Source: Hormiphora californensis (lineage: Eukaryota; Animalia; Ctenophora). Taken from it: a stretch of 64,000 nucleotides of DNA. Where the stretch lies: contig CM035353.1 in assembly GCA_020137815.1 (NCBI GenBank), positions 1,178,001 to 1,242,000 of the forward strand, read 5' to 3'. The position numbers were made by a program, and so were the translations under genes. Below the pieces are notes generated by a model. It was not told the origin of the DNA, did no database searches, and saw nothing but the letters and a program-made list of their open reading frames with translations. This document shows, one piece after another, positions 10,401-22,400 of this stretch (positions are counted from its first letter, which is position 1; every line of letters starts with the position of its first letter).

Positions 10401-13400
10401 GGTGGGGGTGAGGTTCACCTCACCTTTCCAATACATCATCGGCTACTGTACCAGTTCATTGACCTCCCTCCCAGTACAACCACCAGAGGGAGTGGACAAG
10501 ATGTGGACAATTCGAAAGACGGCTACCAACCTTACCATAGAGTGCAACGGGGTGGAGGTACTGAACTACCAGTTCAGTAACAGTAGTGATACTGATAACT
10601 GTGTACCCAAGTGGGGAGGAGATGTAGTGGTGAAAATAGAATTTGACCCCTTCTCGGACAAGGCATCAGACAGCTACCGTGCTGCAGGTAATGAAGGAAT
10701 GATTAACAGTCATCACTATCCTGCCGGCAAGAAGCGCCAGGTGGCGACTGCGACAAACCATAGCCAATCTGACGAGTGACGATGGTCGATGGTGCGCTCA
10801 ACACGTGGCGCTAACTTGGCGCTACAATAACGCTATGAACCCCGATAGCTGTATTATCAGTCGTTTGAAGATTTTACGCGCCCATTATAACTGCGTTGGG
10901 AACAGCCAACTTCATAACGCGCCAAGCTACAAACGTTCATAGTACATATTATATTTCAGTATGGAATCCGGTTATGCATGACACTGACATCCCATTTGAT
11001 CTGGAGAACACCCCTCTTCAAATCAAAACCAACTCACCAACTGGGAGTGGGGAGTGGATCTGGGTGAATACATACACTGCAGATGGGACTGAGATTGGAG
11101 GGGTGGGGGTGCAGTTCACCTCACCTTTCCAATACATCATCGGCTACTGCACCAATCAACTGCAACTCCCAGTGCAACCAGGAGATGAAGTGGACAAGAT
11201 TTGGACAATTGGAAAGAACACCACCTCCCTCAGGATAGAGTGTAATGGGCTGGAGGTTCTAAACTACCAGTTCAGTGACAGTAGTGATACTAACTGTGTA
11301 GAACAGTGGGGAGGAGATGTGGAGAAGATAGAATTTTCCTCCTCCTCTGACACCGCATCAGAGAGCTACCAAGAAGCAGGTAATGAGGGACTAGGGAGTG
11401 ATTAACAGTTATCACTATAATACGCTGACTGAGTAACCCAATACTTATATATAGTCCCTGGAAAATGACTAAGGCGGTTCGTTATGCGCGTTACCGGTAG
11501 TTTCAGGAGCATATCAAGTAGGAAACGCGAGTTACAAGTGATTCCATGCTTCCACTGTGTGCGGCTGAGTTGGTTTTAGATGTTGGGACACCTTAGGCGG
11601 ACCAAATTTGCAAAAATAGCAGGAACAATTGCGCGGTGGGCACTGGGCACCTTGAACCGCCTTAGTCATTTTCCAGGGACTATAATCAATTTTCAACCAC
11701 AATTTGCGCCAGTTGGCGCCAGACCATGGCCAAATTTGGCGATAGTGCGAAAACTTCTATATTTGTATCCCCATCGGATAAGTATCGGATAATTGTTTAT
11801 GAGCCGCATGATAAAAGTTTATTGGGATGATATCTCCTTCCGGCTTGATCAATCAGGGACAAAATGAAATTACGGTGTTTTATTAAACTTAATAAAACAC
11901 CGTAATTTCATTTTGTCCCTGATTGATCAAGCCGGAAGGAGATATCATCCCAACAAACTTGTATCCCCATTGATACTATAATAATGGTGTAATGTTTCAG
12001 CTTGGAGTCCAGTAAAACGTAAAAATGACATTCCATTTGATCTGGAGAGCACACCTCTTCAAATCAAAACAGATTCCAAGAGTCAGGACAGGATCTTGGT
12101 GGAATTATTCACTGCAGATGATAGTTACATTGGATCAGTGAGGGTGAGGTTCACCTCAACTATGAAATACGACATCTTCCCCTGCACCGGATCATCGACC
12201 TCCCTCCCAGTACAACCACAACAGGAAGTGGACAAGATTTGGACAATTAGAAAAAATACCACCACCCTCATTATAGAGTGTAATGGGGTGGAGGTTCTGA
12301 ACTACCAGTTCAATGACAGTAGTAACAATTACTGTGTACCCAGGTGGGGAGGAGATGTAGTGGAGAAGATAGCATTTCACCCCTATGACACCGCATCAGA
12401 CAGCTACCGTGCTGCAGGTAATGAAGAAAGAGTGATTAGCAGTTATCACTACGCTGAGTAATTCAGAGTTGCACTGCTCTATTATACTTATGGTGATGTT
12501 ATGTACAATATTAAATGTATACTGTGGTGATCTCACAAGTGGTATTCAGGTATTAAATTGACTAATCGATATTACATCCACTCTATCCATCAGTGTGCCC
12601 CGGGTTTACTGTGGATGGATCAGTGCAAGGAAGTTGGAACGACACAGATCCAGGACAGACAGTGACCATCAACTGTCAGAAGAAGCATGTTCTAGACGGT
12701 ATCTCTGAGAGGACCTGTAACACTGATGGAGTGCAGTGGGATAGTGAAGTTCCTATCTGCAGGAAAGTTCGTAAGTTTCGATGGGTAATATAATAGGGGT
12801 GATTGGTAATTTTATCCTTTAATTTTACCCGTGCAAAACCACGTATTACTGAAAAAGATGGGGAACTTTTTCAGTGATAGGTTTACTCACTGGAAAATAT
12901 GAAAAGTTGTATTTAGAAAGGGGCGAGCTGGAAATTCGAAATCTCGAGTTTCCGCACTCCAGGGGGGAACGACCAGAGATGAAATTGCATTGTGCATGTC
13001 ATAAAGTTGGTTTGTTGTTTATATGTTATAGTATGCGATGTTTTTATTTTTTGTACTGTACTGTTTTGTGCTGCAGAACTGGACTGAGAAACTAAACCAG
13101 ACTGTGTTCCAAAATTCCGGTAAGCAATGCCACTTGATATACACTCCAAGCCGATTGAGGGAAAACAGTCGTGCCTGAACCTCAGTTTTAGGCCACGGCT
13201 ATTTTCCACTGAGACCTGAGATCTCAGATTTCAGGCTGTTTTCCCCCAATGTACTTTTCTATGGGAGGGAACTCCAGCGGCTGAAGTATACATTTGATGC
13301 CCTACTAGAACAGAGCATTGCCATTGCTTATCTGGCGGACCCAGACCCCGTGTTGACTCGGATTGGTGCCGCTAGATAGGCCATATCTCCACCCACCCCT

Positions 13401-15959
13401 CGACCCCACCCCACCCGCCTCCCCATCCAGTATCCACCTCCCCCGCCTCACCCGTCCCAAAGTAGAACCCAGACACCGTGTTGACTCGGATTGGTGCCGC
13501 TAGATAGGCCATATTTTACAATGCGGTTAATAACTGCCGGTTATTTTTCGCGGTTTGGCGTTGTTGAGTCGACTCCTTACTCAGCAAGTTTGGCGCGATT
13601 TCCGTAGCAATGATCTCGCCATCAACAAATCAAACTTTTGACTTTTAAAGTTTCACCCTTTTTATTTGAGAGTGTGATGTTTGACAGCAAACCCCCTGCT
13701 GTCATATAGGTTTAGTTTCCCCCCTGTCCATTCATCTGTACCTTTATTCAGAAAACTAATTGAAAGATATAATTGAAGACGCGGGCCCGGGTCCGGTACA
13801 AACTATATAGAACACCAATATTTGCCCTAAATACAATCTCTGCTGCTGAATTGACTATCAACAATCTAAATACAATCTAAATACAATCTAAATACATTGT
13901 CTCTGACTTACTTCGGGTATCTTTGAGAATTCCCGCCTTTTTGAACTGCAACTCTTGTTCACTGAGCGGTTGCGTTCCCTTATCTGTCTCGGGTAATTCA
14001 GCCGACTCCTGTAATCGGGGGGAAATAGCTGAAATCACAGGGAAAATAGCTGAAATCCCAGGGAAAATAGCTGAAATCACTATAGATATATAGAGATCTC
14101 AGGTCTCAGGGGAAATAACCGGACCGTGACCTGAACCTGAGATTCAGGCACGACTGTTTTCTACCAATTGGGGGAGGGATCGTTTGAGATAACAAAACCA
14201 AATCTGGTTAAAGTCGAATTTACAAAGGGTATATTGGAACTACATTGGAACTGCAAATTTGACCCACAGTATAGGCTAAATAATGTTAATATATCCAGAT
14301 AAACTGAAAACATCAGTCAGACTATAACATTTAAAGTGAGAGTGGACCGAATCAGAATTGGACAAATTTGTTGTAGGTAGTAGAGATTAGCTTTCTGAGC
14401 ATTTTGCGTTTTTGCCGCTCAAAATCTCGACCCACCCATCACTGAGATATTTTTGTTATGTTGGGAGAATTCCTGCTGGATCAGTATTTATCAAACAGGA
14501 TAGAAACAATCCTTGTGTTTTACTAACATATTCTTTAAATTCTTAATATTCTGGCTTGCATTGCCCTGCTTCTGTGCATGGACATGTCAACCTCACTGCT
14601 TATATTCATAATGTGTTAGTAAAAAACCACGATTGTTTCTATTCTGTTTTATACATACTGATTAAACAGGAGTTCTCCCAACATAACAAAAATATCTCAG
14701 TGATGAGTTGGTCGATTTTGAGCGGCAAAAACGCAAAATGCTCAGAAAGCTAATCTCTACTACCTACAACAAACTTGTCCAATTCTGATTCGGTCCACTC
14801 TCACAGCTATACCTATCAACCCACCGTATTATAAAGCACCCCCCTGCTGATATTTCCCGCAGTCTACTATGGTATATCAGATAATTCCCTCCCTCTACTA
14901 GCCGGGGTTATTTATATTATAGTTGTCTATGTTACCTGGGGTATATTATATAGTTGTCTATGTTACCTGGGGTATATTATATAGTTGTCTATGTTACCTG
15001 GGGTATATTATATAGTTGTCTGTGTTACCTGGGGTATATTATATAGTTGTCTATGTTACCTGGGGTATATTATATAGTTGTCTGTGTTACCTGGGGTATA
15101 TTATATAGTTGTCTATGTTACCTGGGGTATATTATATAGTTGTCTATGTTACCTGGGGTATATTATATAGTTGTCTATGTTACCTGGGGTATATTATATA
15201 GTTGTCTATGTTACCTGGGGTATATTATATAGTTGTCTATGTAACCTGGGGTATATTATATAGTTGTCTATGTTACCTGGGGTATATTATATAGTTGTCT
15301 ATGTTACCTGGGGTACAATCCCGTCTTGATGTGGCTTAACTTTGTGCTCCAATCTCTTAACATAGCTTCTCAAACTGTTCCTGACACCACTCAACCTGAA
15401 TATAAGAAGAGCTAATTAGCAATTACTAATTAATTAAGAGCTAATTAGCAATTATCAATTAATTCAGAGCTAATTAGCAATTATCAATTAATTAAGAGCT
15501 AATTAGCAATTACTAATTAATTAAGAGCTAATTAGCAATTATCAATTAATTCAGAGCTAATTAGCAATTATCAATTAATTCAGAGCTAATTAGCAATTAT
15601 CAATTAATTAAGAGCTAATTAGCAATTATTAATTAATTAGCTAGTGATTTGTGAGATAAACTGAAGAGAGAAATTAGATCCAGCACAACGATCTCGTTAC
15701 TCATAACTGTTCCAGTCACGGAGCTAGGCGCGAGAGAATCAATCTCGAGGGTGGGGTGGTCACACAAGTTACCACACAAGTTACCGCACAAGTGGTCACA
15801 CAAGTTACCACACAAGTTACCTCTCTCCCAGATTTTTCTCGTGAAGTAGCCGTGGTTCAGGGTAGTGCTCGCTACTCAGATCCTGGTTACCATGGTTACT
15901 CAGATCAGGTCCGTGGAACCTCCGGAACGAACGGGTAGTGGTGTTCGGGGGGTCAGGGG
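7485..15959 (-). CDS. 3' exon chain of a protein with a C-terminal WH2/DAD-like motif (5' end unresolved)
   Basis: Five phase-matched GT-AG exons: 15959-15821, 15395-15308, 14008-13912, 8679-8552, 7595-7485 (TAA). Contains TLIDGLVGAIQSGTVLRNLKP. Confidence 0.65.
7721..8058. mobile_element. hAT-type MITE
   Basis: ~110-bp TIRs TAGTGTCTGACGG...; perfect 8-bp TSD ACGGAGAC (7713-7720, 8059-8066). Nested in an outer element with GCTTGCAGTCAGAATACGGTAAT inverted repeats (~7680-8224). Confidence 0.85.
8256..8447. mobile_element. Abundant MITE family (GGGAAAACAGTCGTGCCTGAACC termini)
   Basis: Inverted termini. Related copies at ~150-195, 1580-1630, 13158-13247, 14095-14165, 24300-24398, 34478-34710, 39080-39111 and 58782-58909. 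Confidence 0.75.
9845..12770 (+). CDS. Secreted protein: signal peptide + 3 x ~140-aa unrecognised module + Sushi/CCP domain
   Basis: Exons 9845-9899 (MRCFLIFISLLALSPATE), 10259-10687, 10960-11379, 12001-12417 and 12594-12770, all with phase-1 introns. The last exon has the CCP pattern CP...TINC..HVLDG..ERTC...W...PIC. Possible terminal exon from 13077 (QLD*). Confidence 0.85.
10044..10099 (+). ncRNA. Type I minimal hammerhead ribozyme
   Basis: Stem I atttgaGCA/TGCgtaaat; core CTGATGA (10053-10059); stem II GCGGAATG-TTA-CATTCTGT; GAAA; palindromic stem III ACATATGT; GUU triplet ending 10090. Confidence 0.75.
11812..11962. repeat. Near-perfect ~150-bp palindrome (foldback/MITE remnant)
   Basis: Arms of ~70 bp centred on ~11888 (...ttattaa ac ttaataa...). 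Confidence 0.8.
14336..14804. mobile_element. MITE with ~200-bp TIRs (possibly Kolobok-type)
   Basis: GTGAGAGTGGACCGAATCAGAATTGGACAA and its reverse complement; TTAA just upstream of the left end. Confidence 0.7.
14905..15315. repeat. 31-bp minisatellite containing a splice donor
   Basis: About 13 copies; minus-strand unit CCCCAG|GTAACATAGACAACTATATAATATA. Confidence 0.9.
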
Positions 15960-16455
15960 CTGAGAGAAGGGGGAGGGGTTAGATTATGAATTAGAGGGTA
16001 GTGGTATTTAGGGGGGAGGGGGTCAGGGGCTGAGAGATGAGGGGGGTAAGATTATGAATTAGAGGGTAGTGGTATTTAGGGGGGAGGGGGTCAGGGGCTG
16101 AGAGATGAGGGAGGGTTAGAATATGAATTAGCGGGTAGTGGTATTTAGGGGGGAGGGGGTCAGGGGCTGAGAGAAGAGGGAGGGTTAGAATATGAATTAG
16201 CGGGTAGTGGTATTTAGGGGGGAGGGGGTCAGGGGCTGAGAGATGAGGGAGGGTTAGAATATGAATTAGCGGGTAGTGGTATTTAGGGGGGAGGGGGTCA
16301 GGGGCTGAGAGATGAGGGAGGGTTAGAATATGAATTAGCGGGTAGTGGTATTTAGGGGGGAGGGGGTCAGGGGCTGAGAGAAGAGGGAGGGTTAGAGTAT
16401 GAATTAGCGGGTAGTGGTATTTAGGGGGAGGGGGTCAGGGGCTGAGAGATGAGGG
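15935..16455. repeat. ~69-bp minisatellite containing a splice acceptor
   Basis: 7-8 copies; the minus-strand unit has CTAAC branch site, pyrimidine tract and CAG|CCCCTGACC. Confidence 0.9.
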
Positions 16456-16604
16456 GGAGACGGGCGATCTATTTGGGCCCCCGTAATCCGCTGCCTATGA
16501 GTGAGGGAGTTCATAGTTGGTGTTTGGGAGGTCCAGAACAGTGAAGGAGGGGTTAGAAGCCGAGGTAGATTATTGCTGGTACGATCATTTTCAATATCTC
16601 TCTC

Positions 16605-19086
16605 CCCTAGTAAACACGTCGCGTCGGTAAGTTGCATTTACCGCTCGGTAAGTGTCGGTATACCGAAGCTTACCGAGCGGATAAATGCAACTTACCGACG
16701 CGCGGCGCTATTTACCGACGGTTTACCGAGCCGGTAAATACAACTTTTTGTCACACGCAAATCTGAGATTTGATGTTTTGGTCCAAAAGTTGTTAAAACT
16801 CGTCACAAACTTGTTTATACATATAACTTGCTTATATTACACTAGAAAGCCCATTGAAGTCCTGCAACAGCCCCCCACCCGTCTCTATGCCCCCCTCCCC
16901 CACTCTTCGTCTCTTATGTCGGGGTAAAGAATACGGAGGTCGGAGGTTGGTAGTGGTAGAGCGCCATGGTGAGAAACATCAAGGGAAATCTCGCTGAATA
17001 ACATGTAGAATCAGGTGATAATTAAGATCCGTAGAATTGTAGCTGTGTAGAGAATCAACGGGGTACGTAGGTAGAAAGGCTTTGGCAATCATGGCGGGCG
17101 GCGGCCCCAGCAGTAGATCCCAAAACACCACAGGAACAGCACAGGAACACGCAACAAACAACAAAAAACATGCACGTGCAGTATCCCCCCTCCAATACCC
17201 CTCCCAAGCCACCTCCTTGGCAACCCCCTCTATTTGCACGTGGGATACTACATACTCATCCTCACCACGCCACGCATTTGCAAATTATAATAAGGACTAG
17301 AAAGCCCATTGAAGTCCTACAACACACCTCCCCCCCCACCCGTCTCTATGCCCCCCTCCCCCACTCTTCGTCTCTCCATGTCGGGGTAAAGAATACGGAG
17401 GTTGGTAGTGGTAGAGCGCTGGTGATAAACATCAAGGGAAATCCCGCTGAATAACATGTAGAATTAGGTGATAAAGATCCATAGAATTGTAGCAGTGTAG
17501 AGAATCAACGGGGTACGTAGCTTTGGCTATCATGGCGGCCCAACAGTAGATCCCAAAACACCACAGGAACAATACAGGAACACGCAAGAAACAACAAACA
17601 ACATGCACGTGCAGTATCCCCCCTCCAATACCCCTCCCAGGGCACCTCCTTGGCAACCCCCCACCATTTGCACGTGATGATAGGTCATCACTACTCCTCA
17701 CCACGCCACGCATTTGTACTTTATAATAAGGACTAGAGAGCCCAGGCAAAAGAACAAAAAACTCTCACACCCTATTGACTCCTCTCAATCCCGATCCCTG
17801 GCTCATGCCTACTTTGCTCCCTACGGCGCCGCTTCGCGGCACCTCCGGTCGCGAGATCATACTCCATCCCTCTTCCCCCTGTTGACTACCCTCAGTCCTC
17901 ACCCCTCTTATCCCTATTGATTCCCCTCGGTCCCTATTGAATCATATCTTCCCCTATTCACTCCATCTCACCCTCAATTCAATCCCCTAACGCCATAATG
18001 AATACTCCCCTCACCCCTCTCTCAATCTGTGATCTGAAACAGTTCAGAACCCCACATTTTCCCTCATTTTTCACCATTTTCGCGATAACTCCGTCATTTC
18101 TCAACCAATTTCAAAAAACCAAGGCTTATTGGAAAGATCAACTCAACCTCTTTCCAAAGAGCCATGAATTTCCAACATTAGAAAACCTTTAAACACGCAC
18201 GTGCACTCCCCAAACCCCACCAAATACCCCTAACAACACGTCAATTTTCCACGTGCAAACCCCCTCTCCCCTCCTCCCCCAAATTTTGTCTTGCAAGGTT
18301 CTCTGCTTTATAATATAGACTAGAGAGCCCAGGCAAAAGAACAAAAAACTCTCACACCCTATTGAGTCCTCTCAATCCCGATCCCTGGCGCATGCTTACT
18401 GGATCATAATCTACGCCCCCTTCCCCCTGTTGACTCCCCTCAGTCCTCACCCCAGACCCCTCTTATCCCTATTGACTCCCCTCGGCCCCTATTGAATCAT
18501 ATCGTTCCCTATTCACTCCATCTCACCCTCTATTCACTCCCCTATAACACTCCCCTCACCCCTCTCTCAATCTGTGATCTGAAGCAGTTCAGAACCCCAC
18601 ATTTTCCCTCATTTTTCACCATTTCCCTCATAACTCGGTCGTTTCTCAACCGATTTCAAAATACCAAGGCTCATTAGAAAGATAATCTCAAGCTCTTTCA
18701 AATCAGCTATTATCCCCCAAATTTATAAAACCTTTACACACGCACGTGCACTCCCCAAACCCCCCACCAACCATCCCTAACAACACGTCAATTTTCCACG
18801 TGCAAACCCTAAAACCCCCCCAAAAACCAATTGTCTTGCAAGCATCTCTGCTTTATAATATAGATATCAATTCGCTACCGAAAAAAGATACCTTTTTTCA
18901 ACTCTTCCAACTTTTTGAACCAAAATAATAAATCTCAGATTTGCGTGTGACAAAAAGTTGCATTTACCGGCTCGGTAAACCGTCGGTAAATAGCGCCGCG
19001 CGTCGGTAAGTTGCTCGGTAAGCTTCGGTATACCGACACTTACCGAGCGGTAAATGCAATTTACCGACGCGACGTGTTTACTAGGG
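16605..19086. mobile_element. Non-autonomous TIR element (CCC termini, EnSpm/CACTA-like) with nested tandem ACTAG-starting elements
   Basis: CCCTAGTAAACACGTCGCGTCGGTAA... inverted over ~190 bp, with TC-rich flanks. Internal pairs 16841-17296/17297-17730 and 17731-18318/18319-18865; the latter pair ends CTGCTTTATAATATAGA (Helentron/HINE-like). Confidence 0.75.
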
Positions 19087-19459
19087 TCTCTCTTTCTATT
19101 TCTTACCTTTTGTCTTTTTGAATGGTTCTCTTCGGGATGTCTAAAGAAGGGAGGAAGGATGGATTTAGTTCAAAATACACAAGTTGATGAATTGGTACAT
19201 TGGTGGAAACAAAGAAAAAGTAATTTGTTGACCAATAAAATAGCAATAAAATACACGTTAAAACAGTCTTATTAATTTGTTACTATATCTTCACTGATCT
19301 CCTTCTCTACTTAGCATCATTAAAACTTTTCTCCCAGCGTGTCCCTATTGCGCCTCCAAGTCCCCACTTGTGCTTCTCTATACCATGGTTCCCATGGTTA
19401 CGCCCCCAGATTCTCCTGGTTCCCATGGTTACGCCCCCAGATTCTCCTGGTTCCCATGG

Positions 19460-22400
19460 TTACGCCCCTAAATTCTCCAGACTCTTCTTCACGTACTCCG
19501 GGTTATATTTATCCAACATTTCTGCCATGCTCAACCTCTCCATATCCTGCCCAAATCCACCACCACCACTAACATCCACACATACCTCACCCTCTCCATC
19601 TCCCACGCAAACTCTCTTATCGCTCTTGCTGCTGTATCCCGATGACCTCCCTGAGCTTCTCAGAGATTTTAGTGAGCGGCTCAGAGAACGGCTGAGTTTG
19701 GATTTTGAGTTCCTGAGAGCGCCCTTGAGAGCATGACCGTTTAGATATCCAGTAGAAGTTTGGCCTGGTTTCTTAGATAGATCATAGTCAAGGGAATTGG
19801 CTCGAGTTAGGTCGTTAAGTTTCTCAAGTTGCCGATTCAGTTCCCCAATGTCGGTCAAGGATCGTGATTTCTTGACCAGTTTCTGATCCGGGTCTAACCG
19901 GTCCAGTTTCTCCAGTAGCGATATCTTGTCCAGTAGGACACTATTTGTAGAGCCACGACGTGAACTCTTTCTACTCTCATCCCCACTTGAGATATAAGCA
20001 ACTCTTGTCGCATCAAACTTATCCTCCTCCTCAAAACCCTCGTCACCATGGTGATGGTTTAACTGTCGTCGAGCAAAGTTGGGGAAACTGTACTTGGGGC
20101 GTTTCTTGAGCATCCTCGTAAAGAAGCCGCCTTTTTTCTTGTGAGATTCCTGGGCCCTTTCCTCTTCTAGTTCATCTGAATCCATTAGGTCCTCTTTGGA
20201 GAGGTGTTGCTTCATAAACTCCATCTCACCGTGGAACTCTGCAACCGAACCAGTCTCACTCCTGTCATCACCATGGTTACCATGTCTGTTACCTTGGTAA
20301 CCATCAGCTAGTGTTTCATCAGCCTGGCTTACCCTCTCCATCTCCCGTTTTATCTTGTACGCGGAATCAAAGTGATCCTTCCAATCATCGTCCAACTTCT
20401 CTTTCGACCCTACGTGATCCCACAATGAGTGATCTCTGTGTTCAATCTTCCTCCTCAGGTCTGGGATCTCGGGTTGTTTTGTCATCAGAGACTCTGCGAT
20501 ACTCCTCTTGAACTTGGTAGATCCATTACGGAGCTGTCGGGCTATAGAACTTGCCAGACCTCCTGAGGATTTAGAGGCGTTGGATCGGTCACTCGCAAAC
20601 AGAGATCCACGGGAGTTGCGTCTACCGAATGATGGTTGCTCCTCTTCTTCCTCTTCTGATGACTCTGAAGAATCTGACGAATCTGAGTACCCGGCAGACT
20701 TCCTAGCGGGTGTTTTCTTCTTCTGGTTTCGTTTAGCTAGGTACTCCTTCACTTTCCTAAGAATGTACTCCTCATCAACCGAACTATCCCCCTCCGAACT
20801 ATCTGAAGAGGAAGAGGAGGAACTAGAGGAATCACTACTACTACTACTGCTGCTATCACTAGATGATGATGTACTATCATGTTGTGGAATAACTCTCCTC
20901 CGAGATTTTCCGTTCCTTGCCCACCAATCATCATCTGAGTGTGCTCCTTCATCAAAACCGAAACTCGGCCTACAGCCCTTCTTCTTTTCACTCATAGACC
21001 TCTTCAACTTGGGACCTGCCTTCCTCAGATCCCCCTTCAACAACTTCTTCTCTCTGATCGCCTCCTCTATCTCCCTCGCCAGCGCCCTCTTCAAATCAGT
21101 TACAGTCGGTTTGGAAATACTCCCACTCTTGCCCAGGATATCCCTTGTGAGCTGCCTTGTGTAATGTTCTATCTCATCATCTGTGTCATCGAACTCTACT
21201 TTCGGAGGGGGAACCTCGTGTAGATTTGGGTAGTAATTACTATCGTCACCAGTTGGATGAACTGCCTCACTCATCCTCCTTAGATTAGGGTACCTTACAT
21301 CCTCTATCCTCTCAGCAGCAGGACTTTCAGCTCGCTTAATAGCATCTGATACCTTCTCTCCCCGCTGTATTACCCCAAAACCAGGGTCAGCTAGAGCGGA
21401 GATATGATCTCCTTTCCTCAGGATCGGTATATCTTGAATACCAAGGTTTTCTTTGAACATTGACACTGTTTCAGAGTCTCCGTCTTTTGGGATAACAATA
21501 GAATGAGGATTATCGGCATCTTTTAGAATTGTATTGATGCTATCTCCTTTCTTTATCGCTGTCTCGTTGTCAGGGAGTCTGTTCACAGCGAACCTGACAG
21601 ATCTGTTGAGGGTAGAGTTCCGTTGCCGTAGCGACCCCCCTCCACCACCATGTCTCATACTACTTCTTTTGTAGCTCCTTCTCAAGGAATCATCTTCATT
21701 TCCAAGTGAGGGGTAAAGACTGACCTGCTCGATTGGGTGTTGGTCCAGTGCGTGTTGTGGAGTTCTCTCCATCTCCATGGTTACAGATGAGCGGATATCC
21801 GGGTTCCGTGCAGGTCTGTCAGTATCGTTCACAGAGAGAGGAGGGGGAGGGGCGGGACGGGTCTTGCCGTGACTGGATGGGGTTGACCCCATTGTTGGAA
21901 GTGGATCAGATGGGTTGCCTCCGCACCCACCTGGCTCACCCCTGGTAACAGGGCACCCTGTTTGGGCCACCTCTGGAACTACAGGGGCTGGTGGTTGTTG
22001 AGGGGGTGGTTGCATGTTGTACCCTCCAAAAGGTGGTGCACCAGCCATTCCTGGGTAGGGGAAGAAGGGTGGGTACCTGTTACCCGGGTACATCATTCCA
22101 GGGTACATCATGCCCGGGTACATGTGCGGGTACATGCCAGGACCTGCCTGGGGCATGCCAGGACCTGCCCCGGGCATGCCAGGACCTGCCTGGGGCATGC
22201 CACCCTGGTATGGATCATATTGTTGCTGCTGCATTTGAGGCTGAGGCTGGGCAGCAGGAGCAGGTTCTGACTCAGGTACAAACTCTGGGTAAATCTCGTT
22301 CCCAGTACCAGAGGCAGATGTTCCAGAGAGGGGGTTTCTATAACGACCAAACATTGCTTTAGCCTTCTCGAATTCTATATCAGGCACTGTATCACGACCT

